DNA of 64,000 bases from Amoebidium appalachense. Lineage: Eukaryota; Protista; Ichthyosporea. This document shows, in pieces, positions 1 to 27,613 of the stretch (position 1 is its first letter; each line of letters starts with the position of its first letter). Where the stretch lies: assembly GCA_963693365.1 (NCBI GenBank), contig CAVNZM010000001.1, positions 18,400,783 through 18,464,782 on the forward strand, given 5' to 3'. A model generated the notes under the pieces. That model made no database searches, was not told the origin of the DNA, and saw only the letters and a list, made by a program, of their open reading frames with translations. Position numbers and translations under genes: made by a program.

Positions 1-691
1 ATAGTTAAAGTTTGGAAGCCGGCATACCTTAGTAATAGGTAGTTCAAGCTTCATCCGTGTCATATGGCTGATAAAAAGGTTCTTTCGAAATGTGTTCAAG
101 CCCCCAAAACTCTAAGGAGTCAGATTGCCTAACGGATGATTATCCAATCAGATCGCAAATTTTTAACGGCCAACAAGTTGCCAGCTGGAGTGCCAGAGTG
201 CCAAGGCCCAGTGATCCACACATACAGGCCAGGCAGCCGCCAGCACTTGGTCGTGGCCACTGTTTGGCCCTAACGAAGCCGCTCGGCAAAAATGATAAGC
301 CGTTTAAGTTTAATTTTCTTGCAGGCAGGACCACATTGGCCCGCATGCATACATATAGGCATATGTCACCGAAGCTTGGCAGGGCCCAGGGCCCCCTAGC
401 CGCATATATGTGTGTTCGCGATTGGGCGAGCGCAAAAGGGAAGGGAGGAGATCCCCGCGGGGGGAAGGGGGGGGGGGGGGTGGGGAGAGGGAGAAGGGGG
501 CGGTTTGTTTTAAATGCGTTACAGAGTAAGAGGCTTGACAATGTACGAAGCACACATTTTATAACCGAGGACACGATCATGGCGATGCACATTGTAAAGG
601 ACGCATAGGTAATGAAAGTCATCCACGTGGGTGGCACCTGGTGGCACCGTGGGTGTGCGCACGTGTGTGTGTGTGCGCACGTGTGTGTGTG

Positions 692-797
<106 letters not shown>

Positions 798-1309
798 TTT
801 TTTATTTTTATTTTTTGGGGGGGGGGGGGGGGGGGGGGGGGGGATGGGGGGGATTGTTTCAACTGCACTAATCCATTAGATTTAATACTCAAAGAGTCCT
901 CCCAGAAGTTTCGACTTCGCTTTAGAGCGTGCCAAAATGTAGCACAATAATAATCGCAGATACCTCAACAGGACCATTGTTTTAAATTGGAACTCTCCCT
1001 GTCTCTGCACAGACGTGTACCAAAACGACAAGTACGTGTACCAATAATACTCGATAACTACCATTATACACAACCGAGCAAACAAGAAAAGAAACATATA
1101 CTGCGGCCCTATCATCAAACAGATCCAAATCCCAAGCTCGCACAAATTCACAGCCCTCAAACAACTCTTTCATGTAGTAACACCTGATGATAGTGACAAT
1201 ACTCCAAAAGCAAAAAGGTAGGACAGAACAAAATACACGAAGAAATCAACTTTACTCTCCTTCAACTTCCAGGGGTGGCCTGCCACTCCAACGATCGAAC
1301 ACTTCATCT

Positions 1310-11301
<9,992 letters not shown>

Positions 11302-12148
11302 TCTCTGTAGAGAAAGAATGGGGGGCGTTGTAAGTGCCACGTAACCCAAGAGGAATGCCGCTGCCACGACAAAGAGATGACCATTAAGGCATGCATTAAC
11401 AGATAGATGCGTTATTCTTTTGTGCCCAGGCGAACGCCACGAACCAAAAACAGAAGTGGCGAGACTCATGGCTGCCACCCTGTGTTGAAGTTTGCACCAC
11501 CACTTACTCTCGACTCTTCCTTCGTTCCAGTCTGTTGTTAAAAAAAAAGTTCAAGCACATAGTCCGGTATTCTTTTACATGCAGTATCTAGCAGGTAACA
11601 AGCTCATCTTACCGCAGTAAATCACCGCCTGTCGGCGGGAAAGTTTGCCCCTGTCGACGACTCTCTCCTCTGCTCGGCCCTCCTGAGCAACAGATTCTAA
11701 ACACACAACTACGCCACCACCACCATGGGGTAGGGCAAAAACCTACTTATACTGCTTAACAACCTGACAGGTAAAATCTCTTTCTAGGCTATTGATTCTC
11801 ACTCCCTCCCTCTTTTTTTTCTCAGCCTAAACCTTTCAGGTTTTCGTGGTGCGTTTTGTTTTCGGCCTTCTGAGCTTTTCAGATGCCGTCTGTATCCGAT
11901 TTTGCCGGGGCCGCTAAAACTTTTGTCGTAACAACGCTCGACCAATCTAAATCGCTCAAAAGGGCTGGTATGTGCGATCGACCTTACGTAAGTCACAGCC
12001 ATGAAGCCTAGATGCACTTAGATGTGATTGGTTGAAAATGCACCCTTTGGTATGTGGGGCTTGAAGATCATAGGCGACGCTCCTAAGCCCACAGATTTTT
12101 CGAATTTCCTTCTGCTTATAAAACATTTAGGCCTTCTTTGAATCGTAT

Positions 12149-13273
12149 CAGTCGCGCCATGTCGGGCTCCCGATCACATCAAAACCATATGTGATCGGTG
12201 AACAAGCAGTATGATTCCTTAAAAATAGCAGTTAACTATCCAATAAGATCGCCACTCCGGGCTCATCAGATAAAATGCAACCAATCAAGATGCGTATTTT
12301 GCACATTCCTATTCTCTTAAATTTTAACACGCACAGGGCCATCGCGACCAGGCACAAAACACGACACGTGTTTCGTAAACGGCCGTGCGCCGCTGCATCC
12401 ACACTCCACCACATTTACGCACAAGGGGCGGCATGCACACCATTGCATAGAGCCAAACGCTGGCAACATGGCCGTGTTTGAGCCGTTGCCGTAGGACTAG
12501 TACAACACGAGTTATTAGTTTTGCGACATGGGCACTTTGTCAGGAAAAACGAAATTTACTAAAGCGTCAAAAACTCTAGAAAAACATAAGAATACCAATA
12601 GGCCGCACGAACTTCATGCTGTCTTCTTCCACCATGACGAGCAGCACCAACACCCTGCTCTAGTGTCCTCTACCATGCCGAGCAGCACCAACACCCTGCT
12701 CTAGTGTCTTCTACCATGCCGAGCAGCACCATCACCCTGCTCTAGTGTCTTCTACCATGCCGAGCAGCACCATCACCCTGCTCTAGTGTCTTCTACCATG
12801 CCGAGCAACACCAACACCCTGCTCTAGTGTCTTCTACCATGCCGAGCAGCACCATCACCCTGCTCTAGTCTTCTACCATGCCGAGCAGCACCAACACACT
12901 GCTCTTCTTTCTTTCTTTTCCACCATGCAGAGCAGCACGAACACACTGCTTCGTCTTATTGTATTGTTTCTAACTTTCCGAACATTTTTTCTTGCTTATA
13001 CCCTTTTATTTTCCCCCGGGTCACTCCTGGCTAGGTGTTGGTTGAAGTGAGTTTGCTCAATCCCCACTAGCGTGACTGCGGCAACCCCGTGGGCTAAGAA
13101 TTGCCAGAATATGTAGTGACAGTCGGGATTATGTATCCTGACTTATAGTTGCACTATGTAGAGAGCACATTCGTAGTGTCTACTGTGGAAGACGTTAGCT
13201 CCCCTTAGGCAGTGCCTCCGGGAGTGAAACGGGATAAAATAAAAAAAAATAAAATAAAATAAAATAAAAAAAA
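12149..13273 (+). mobile_element. Non-autonomous non-LTR retroposon, 1125 bp, with 15-bp TSD and A-rich tail
   Basis: The direct repeat ttctttgaatcgtat flanks it at 12134-12148 and 13274-13288. An (A)n/(TAAAA)n tail spans 13234-13273. The element begins CAGT and has no long ORF. Confidence 0.88.
12631..12950. repeat. 41-bp minisatellite (~7.5 units) inside the retroposon
   Basis: The unit accatgccgagcagcaccaacaccctgctctagtgtcttct starts at 12631, 12672, 12713, 12754, 12795, 12836 and 12875, with a degenerate copy at 12922. Each unit contains the inverted pair GAGCAG...CTGCTC. Confidence 0.95.
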
Positions 13274-14010
13274 TTCTTTGAATCGTATGCAAGGTTTATA
13301 AGCAGGTGAATATTTATTTAATACCTAAATATATATTAAAATAATTTTATGGTAGAAAGATGTTAGTTTTGTGTAACACAATACCTGCTTAACTCTTTAT
13401 TGATTCATGAGGTGTCCTCTGCTACAACAATTGATGAGGTAGGTTTAGGGAGCTACGTGATAAATTATGGAATGCGTCATAAGCGTGAGCCTCGGAGCAC
13501 GGCCCTCTGAAAACATTCTTCTCGAGGACCACGCTCGGAGACACACCGGACAGGGCAACTGCGGCGAGACGTGACACAAATGGTGACACTGCAGGCGGAC
13601 TTTCACCTGCTGAACTTGCCCTTTTCGTTCGCCGTTCCACAGAACTCACACAAGTAGGTCATTCTTATCAATAGGTACCCGCGTGTTGTTGCTAGATTTT
13701 GACATCCTTTACACAATGCAGCAATAGATCATGAACGAACATACAGCTCTTAAGCAGCGACCGTCACTAAATGTTTTCAGAGTCAGATCTCGCGAAGTTG
13801 GCACACGCAAAAATACGCATCAACCCTGGAGTCATTCAGAATCAATCACTTGTGCCCACCGCCATACACACAGGTGCAGGGAAAGCTCTAGTTAGGATTG
13901 ATACCAAAGTTTAGATTATGTTTTCCCACAGAGACCCTTTTATTGCCTCATTCTAGCACTTATCCATCGCGCATTTCTGTCACTTGCTCTCGCCTCCGCG
14001 ATATACCACC

Positions 14011-19714
<5,704 letters not shown>

Positions 19715-20469
19715 GCCATTATTGTTTATTGGCGGCTGATCTGTACAGCATGCGCATTTTTTTTCTCCCCGATGTGTGCGATAATGGCACTAGTATGGGT
19801 AGTATTCCATGTGTTTGTGTGTGTGTATAGGGGGGGGGGGGGGGGGGGGGGTATATATGTTCGTTAAATCAATGTGTTTGTGTGGCAGTGGCTGGTAACT
19901 TTGTCCAGTAGTGGTATTGTAAGGTGCCATTTTGTATGGAGAAATAGACTTGAGGGATGGTTGGGTGGGTGGGTGAGTGTGTGGGTGAAGTGGGGATAAT
20001 GGGTGGGTGTGTGTGTTTGGGGGGGGGGGGGTGGGGGGAGGGGGGAGGGGGGGAGGGGAGGGGGGAGGGGGGGAGGGGGGTGCATTAAAGCAGGGCATGT
20101 TGTGTGTGGCCAGAGGGGCGGACAGCTTTGATTCCGAACACATCATTGCTCGTAGGTTATTGTGTAGCCGAAATTCGTGAATGAGTTATGATTATCTTAT
20201 GACTTATAATCTGAGTGATATCTTGAATAGGGATCATCACAGCACACCACTTCAGTGGTGTGCACATCATATGACCACGATATATATAGAGATTGTCATT
20301 GTGTACATAGAAGTGCAGCAGATGTGTACGTTTACACGAATCGCACAGTGTGTAGCTCAGACTCAGGCAGCCCAGACACATCTGTACATAACAACATAGG
20401 CATGATGCCATCGTACAGCGCAACACAAGGAAGATCGTTCATTGTGCATGAAGCCTCACGAGCCAGTAG

Positions 20470-20511
<42 letters not shown>

Positions 20512-20897
20512 CCAAACCAAAAAAGAAAGAAAGAAAGAAAGAAACACGTGCCACACACACCTCACACCCCCCACTCACCCACCCACTTCACAGCCCCCCT
20601 CATGATGTGCTCTGTATCGTTCACGTGTCCCGTGAGTGCACTCCTTTTCCTTTTCTTTTCTTTTTTTTTTTTTCAGTGGCGGGGTGATGGGGAGGATTGT
20701 TGTTTGTATTTTGATTTTGGTCACCTTTTGTGGTTAGTTTCTTCATGTCTCCAGGCCGCCTTCAACTCCATATCTCCCCCTCCCCAACTTCAAAAAGATG
20801 ATCCCAGTTTTCAACACCACCACCAGCACCTATACATACGACTACTACCGGTCAGCAGTCTCTGGCGCAATCTATTTAATAATAGTTCTCACTCCGT

Positions 20898-20968
<71 letters not shown>

Positions 20969-22118
20969 GTAAGCGCGCACAGACACAGGCACAGGCACAA
21001 GCACACTAACACGCACACACACACACACACACATCTCAACACGCACACACACACCCACATACACACATACACACACACACACACACACATACACACTGTG
21101 ACACACACACGCACATGCACACGCACATGCACACACACACACATGTGCAGATCTCAATGTCTAGGTGGGTCTCTTTGAAATAGATAGATCGACCAGAGAT
21201 GCATAGGACCTAGCATTCACAGACATAATGATACACGGATTGTTACACGCACTCCGTTAATCCTGGATATATTGGGCACTGGATATAACTGTCACCAAGT
21301 ATATGAAAACTTGAATCAAACTTGTCAAAACTAGCAGTGTTTTCTCTGTACACGGTAAACAAATCAGCCCCCATATCTAGTCTGGAGCCCCAAGGTGTGC
21401 AATCCTCGACAACCGTGTTTCTCTGGTTTGACAAAACGATAAGTAATAGCGTTTAAATTTCGGACAAATAGATTGTCGGCAAAATCCCGTGTGATGCCCA
21501 GGCGTGTGTGTGTGTAAGGCTGGGCGAAACTGTAACAAAAGTGGAATTCAATAATGGCGGGCATAAAAAGTCTGGAGTCGTGTTAATAACACAAATCAAA
21601 GCGGAAAACGAAAAGAATATACCAAACTAGAGAACGTACTTAGTCAGGCTAAAGGGAACGGTTTGCGGGATGTCACAAAAGAAAAGTTGAAGCGTACCAC
21701 AGCAACACGAATCATTCAACCCCTCCCATTTCAATTTGCTCTATGCAGTTCATCCTCGTTAAAAAAAAAAAACCTGTTGTATAGGGATGATGGTGAAAGG
21801 AACGAAACAGCAAGAATACATGTGATAACGTATTTGATCGGAGAACAAGAGGAAAATACAACATACATTCTGAACAAGTCACCCGAGCAAATAACCAACC
21901 CGTATATATATAGTTACCGAAAAATTGAGAGTGCGCATGAGTTTGACAGCAAAAAACAACCTTTGTATCTCGCTAACCGAAGAACAGTAATTATTGACCA
22001 CTGCAACGTCTAGACGGATTTATGTTCGATCGTGACAACTTGAAACAAGATTTGCTTTAAACATAAACCCCACGAGCATATCCGTGAGATAGATATATCG
22101 CACGCGAGTATATCCACA

Positions 22119-22678
22119 TCAATAGTAATTTGACTTTGCAATATCCCCGACATGTGTGTTGCGCATCATGGTGACGAATACGACATAGTCGAGCACCACC
22201 AACTTCACAATGTCCCCGGCATCCCGGAACATATCTCGGATAGCATCGTCGGCAACACCCACACAGTTCTGCCCGTTGATGGATATCTGCAAATAAAAAT
22301 TATTTTCAGGAAAAAACATTTGTAGGAGAATATTCAGGAACCAGTGCGAGGATGTGTGTGCTTGCTGGGTGCGTTTGTGGCTGGGTGTGCAGGTGTGTGC
22401 ATGCACAATTGTGGCCTGATATGGAGTGTGGTTATGGCTATGTATGCTTTGTAAGAAACGGAGATGAGGCTACGGCAGATAGGACGGGTAGGTCAGTGCG
22501 AGTCTATGTGTATCTGTTCGTGTGTGTGTTCGTGTGTGTGTTCGTGTGTGTGTGTGTGTGTGTGTGTGCGTGTGTGTGTGTGCGTGTGTGGGTGTGTGGG
22601 TGTGTGTATGTGTATGTGTTTGTGTTCGTGTGTGTGTATGTGTACGTTATACACGTGTCTGTGTGTGTGTGCGTGTGC

Positions 22679-22709
<31 letters not shown>

Positions 22710-24150
22710 GGGGGGAGGGGGGGAGGGGGGGGGGAGGGGGGAGGGGGGGGGGCTTTTTAGAGTACGAAGTACACATTCATGATGGACAACACTGGCAACA
22801 CATCAGTGCATAGTGCAAAGTCCACATAAAGAATATGGAGCATAAGCGCCCTGGGGGGAGGGGGGGGGGAAGGAGGGAGAAGGGATGGAGGGGCAGAATA
22901 ATCCACACACAGTGCAAATTGGACACCACACGAGCATTTAGACACTGACATATGAACACAAACACAAAAATTGTGCAACATAACAGTGTGTGATGTTATG
23001 CCCCTGCTCGTATCCGTTTATGTGAGCGTCATGGGATAGTGGTCTGCCGAGGGGAAAGAACGGCCGGACGGATGGGCAGGCGGGCGGATGGGATGGGGGG
23101 CTGGGTGGTTTTTTTTTTTTTTTTTTTTTTTTTGGGGGGGGGGGGGGGGGGGAGGGGGGGGAGGGGGGGGGGGGGGGAGGGGGGGGGGGGGGGTCAACTG
23201 ACCAGACAGTGGTTTTCGGGGACGCCATTTTCTGCAGCGAGAGAGCCAGTGCTGACTTTCATGATTACACCACCCTTGATGAACATCCCCAGCTGTAAGT
23301 GCATGCACGTGTCAGTGTTTAAATAGAAAGGTGGTGTGACTTGGAAGTATTTCATTCGCTTATGATCATACGTGTTGGAGAATGTGGCATGCCCTCATTG
23401 GTTAATTGCAGATTCACGTGTGGCACAACAAGAAAACAACCCCAAAGGTAACATACGGGAAGAAGGACCGTTTTCGGGCAAAAAACTTCGATAAAATGAA
23501 TTGGCACCTGACAACACATACAATACATGTGATCACCTCCACCAAACCAAAGCAAAACATTCCCATTGTGATCACACGACGCCACCCCCTGTTCATATTC
23601 GCTGAGGTGCTATGACGCCAACTACATGTGATGCACACACCTTTCTCTGGCCATTAGCAGGCACCTCAAGTGCATATCTCTTAAAGTGTTGGCAGGGCCG
23701 CAGCAGCAATGTGGCCCTAACGAACTCCCTTATGATCTCCTGAGCCTCTATGGCTGTGTGGCCAAGCATCTCCTGGCCGTTGACTAGAACCACCTCGTCA
23801 CCAATGCGGAGTTTGGCCTGGGTGGGTGGTGAATAGGCGGTGGGGGTTTAGGTTGCGGTGTGTGGTAAGAGCTAACACATTGATAATGGATAGTGTGATG
23901 CGGAGATGCAGAAAGAACCCACAATGAGAACACAGCAGACAACATCTTTACAAGGAAGCTCAGGTCGTCGACAGAACCCATGTCTCGGCCCATTTGGCGT
24001 GTGCCGGAGAGGGGGCGGGAGGGGAAGGGGGGAGGGGGGTAGGGTGGGAAGAGGGGGGAGGGGGGAGGGGGGGGGAGAAGTGCAAGAATTGAGGTGGAGT
24101 AAGGGGTTGGAAATTTTTCCATGCTACCTCCAGGTTTCCTCTCAGTTTGT

Positions 24151-24245
<95 letters not shown>

Positions 24246-24301
24246 TGTGTATGTGTGTGTGTGTGTGTGCGTGTGTGTATGTGTGTATGTGTGTGTGTGC
24301 A

Positions 24302-24359
<58 letters not shown>

Positions 24360-24406
24360 GTTCCTTGTGTGTGTGTGTATGTGTGCGCGTGTGTGCATAT
24401 GTGCAT

Positions 24407-24473
<67 letters not shown>

Positions 24474-25958
24474 CGTGCGCGTCTGTGTGCGTGCGCGCGT
24501 GTGTGTGCGTGCGGGTGCATGTCTGTGTGCCTGTGTGTGTGTGCGTGTGTGTGTTTGTGTGTGTGTATGTGTTACCCATACCCGTGAAGCCGGGGAGTTC
24601 TTAGCACAGCACGTGACGTAGATGCGGCCATCGTAGTCACTGATTGCAAACCCAAAGCTGTCGGCCTGGTCCTTCACAAGCTCAACCTCCCGGCACCTGA
24701 AGTATGTGGGTGAGTGTTAGTACTGTGTGCATGAAGGGTGTTTGCTGTAAATTACTGTTTACCTTTGGTAGAGGAGAAACATGGGCCGGGGGAAAGAAAT
24801 GGGGGGAGGGGGGGGGGGGTATAATGTGTATTCAGAAAGGTAATAATGTGCTACAGAGTACGGAGTGCTCACTAAGGAGGGGAGGGTGGGCGGGGGGGAG
24901 GGGGGGGGGGGGGGGGGTTGAATGCCGAACACGGTACGAAGTACGCGTACACGAAGGACACATGCAAAGGCAAACATTCAAGTATGCAACATAGCCATGC
25001 GCACAGTATGCGTCATAAGCAGAGCCCATCCTCAGGGAGGCCCCAAGTCATCAATTGCGTCTGAGTTTCGACCCTTAGCCCGCGTATATACGACTCTCCA
25101 ACTCAGACAGCAGCATCAACTGAACTTGGGAGAGTCAACCCGTTTTGATCGAAGACGAGCAGGGTTGCTTATGCAAGCAAGGTGAGCAAAACGGTGAATA
25201 TGTGTGTGCAAACTAATGCAGTGCAGCAAAAAATGTGTATGTGCTTACAGATGCACGACACAGAGCAACCATGCCCGGTTGCATGGAAGTAGGGGAGGGG
25301 GGGGGGGGGGGGGGGGGGGGAGTATGTGGGAGGATAAACACCATACACGTGCCCTATTGCACAATATGCACGTGGTGCATCAAATTTCGTTTTCGCTCGT
25401 TTTTGGCAGGGTCAAGAAGGTTGAACACAACACCACCTACCCATCCAATGGAGAACCGGGGCGAGAGCGTGTTGATGTGATGGATGTGCGGGAATCCTCA
25501 TCCCCGTTCTTACTTGGAAGGAGAGGGGTGGAGTTAACCCGTCGTAGGTTGAAGTATTCGTCAAGTTGGCTGAAGGAAAAGCTCAGGGATACAACGGATT
25601 GCTGGTCCTCTGAGGTCTCCGAGTAGTTGTCTTGTTCGTCTTCGTCAAAACGACGGATTTTTGGCGTCTGCGCGCATGATACATAATAATTCAGAATTGT
25701 GATGAAGTGCAAGCCTGAAAAATTGGCGAATAGGTGCTCGTGTCCATGTTGTCTCCCCTAAGACCTTGAGTAGTGAACCTACTGATGATGCTTGTGCAAA
25801 TGGCTTGTTGAATTGAAAAGCTACACTGTGATATCAATTTCCTAATATTATTTCAAGATGCGACTCCAGGAAACACTAAACGGGGTTTCTAGCTATATTT
25901 ACACGGCTATTTAGCATCCCGCGAGGTGCAAACTGAGAAATTAAATCAGAGTGCCTCC

Positions 25959-25991
<33 letters not shown>

Positions 25992-26065
25992 TTTTTTTGG
26001 GGGGGAAAGGGGATCTATGTGTTGGAGGAAGTGGAGTTGTGGTGCCGCCGGTGTGATGGGAAAAA

Positions 26066-26101
<36 letters not shown>

Positions 26102-26413
26102 AGTAGGAGGGACTACGACAAACAGCGAAGAAAACTCGCAGGACAATAACACGTAGAATTAACAACGAGCAAGGGGCAACAGATGCACAGCCCATTTCCT
26201 CGGTCAAAGGGTGAGGTGGGGATCAGGGAGGAGAGGGAATTGTGTGTGTCTCTATATGTTTGTGTGTGTGTGTGTGTGTGCGTGTGTGAGCGTGTGTGTA
26301 TGTGTGTGTGCGCGGGTACGCGTATCGATTTTTTGGACGGGTTTGCATGTCTCATAAGAGTAATAAAATGCATGAACACCTGGCATACAGAAACACAGTC
26401 TGCATGGTGTGCT

Positions 26414-26492
<79 letters not shown>

Positions 26493-27613
26493 ATGGGTGG
26501 GGGGGTCTGGAATGCCATGCATAAAACGGGTTAGTAAGTGACAACGAAGGAACAAGGTGGGATGTGCCAAGTTGTGAGGTATTTTCATGTGGATAGCCCT
26601 AAGTCCCAATTCCATGGTGCGTGTGTGTCGCTGTTGTATTGTATGTGCGGGTGCACACACTGTTCTGATTATTCTTATGTGCTTGCACATACATAATAGT
26701 GTGTTGTATCTGTGCATGTGTGTGCATGTACACCGCAAGTAGGTGCAAATGCTGAAGTAAGTACGTGTGGATGGGTAGGCTGGGTGCACGGGTGGACTGG
26801 GAGTATTCATGCATGTGTGTCTATGTACTTGTTCTATGTGTTCACAGATGTGGCAGTGTCTGTAACGCTATTTGTGCTGCACGAGCCTCCCCTCCCCCCC
26901 CCCCCTGCCCCTCCCCACCCACTCCTAGCCCCCAACATCTCTTCGACCCTCCCTGCCCTTTCCAACGGGCAGCAAATGCTTTTGTGTAGTGTAATGCGAG
27001 AGACTACAATAAGGTATGCAAATGGGATAATGGTTGCAATAGATACGCTGGTTGCATATGTGGTCAACACATTGAAAAACCCATACATGCCCAAATCTGT
27101 TTCATCTATGTTAGCTACTCGGTTGGACCCACAAGCCCGAAAACAGAAAAAACCAAAACTTGTAGGACGTGAGTGCATACGTGCAAGCCTCTATTAGTCC
27201 TTAACAATTTTATAAACACATGAATATTGTACAGAGCATTTGTGAAAGCGGGATTAGTATTTTCTCACCTGGGCCGGATCTTGGTCGTCGAGATCTATGG
27301 ACTCCATGTGTGTGTTTGAGATCTTTCTCGTTGACAAAATAGGTGAGCCTGGACAACTGCTTGTATAGCTACTGTGCACGGTGTTATCACTGTGTTTAGA
27401 CTTAAGGCCTCCGCTGGGACGATGTTTAAGGCTCATTCTTAGGTTTTGGGTTTTGGAGAAGAGCCCGTCCGGCGATCGGTGTGGTTTTGGGCTACGTGGT
27501 GAGAGCTTTGGTGACGTGGGTGGGGAGGCAACGATGTGATGTAGCTGGTCAGCACTGGCGCTCTGAAGGGTGTGGAGGCGCCTTACTGTTTGGGGAGAAA
27601 CGGCGGAAGACAT
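22119..27613 (-). CDS. Syntenin-like tandem-PDZ adaptor with Ser/Pro-rich N-terminus, ~373 aa
   Basis: Exons: 27269-27613 (start uncertain, frame open further upstream), 25441-25667, 24582-24696, 23641-23817, 23203-23292, 22119-22286. Phases are consistent. PDZ1: [17 protein letters not shown]...[23 protein letters not shown]2: [25 protein letters not shown]...[16 protein letters not shown], which resembles syntenin PDZ2. Confidence 0.85.
22754..22850 (-). mobile_element. Type B copy of the poly(C)-abutting repeat family, in the last PDZ-gene intron
   Basis: GTACGAAGTAC at 22762-22772. The reverse complement resembles 40070-40138, and both sides are G tracts. Confidence 0.65.
24918..25291 (-). 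mobile_element. Second long copy of the SINE-like repeat, in a PDZ-gene intron
   Basis: Colinear with 8648-9039 apart from a short internal deletion; G tracts on both sides. Confidence 0.85.

Noticed and set aside
12631-12950. CRISPR array (also considered for 56821-57100)
   Set aside because: The units are head-to-tail with no unique spacers, there are no cas genes, and the context is eukaryotic.
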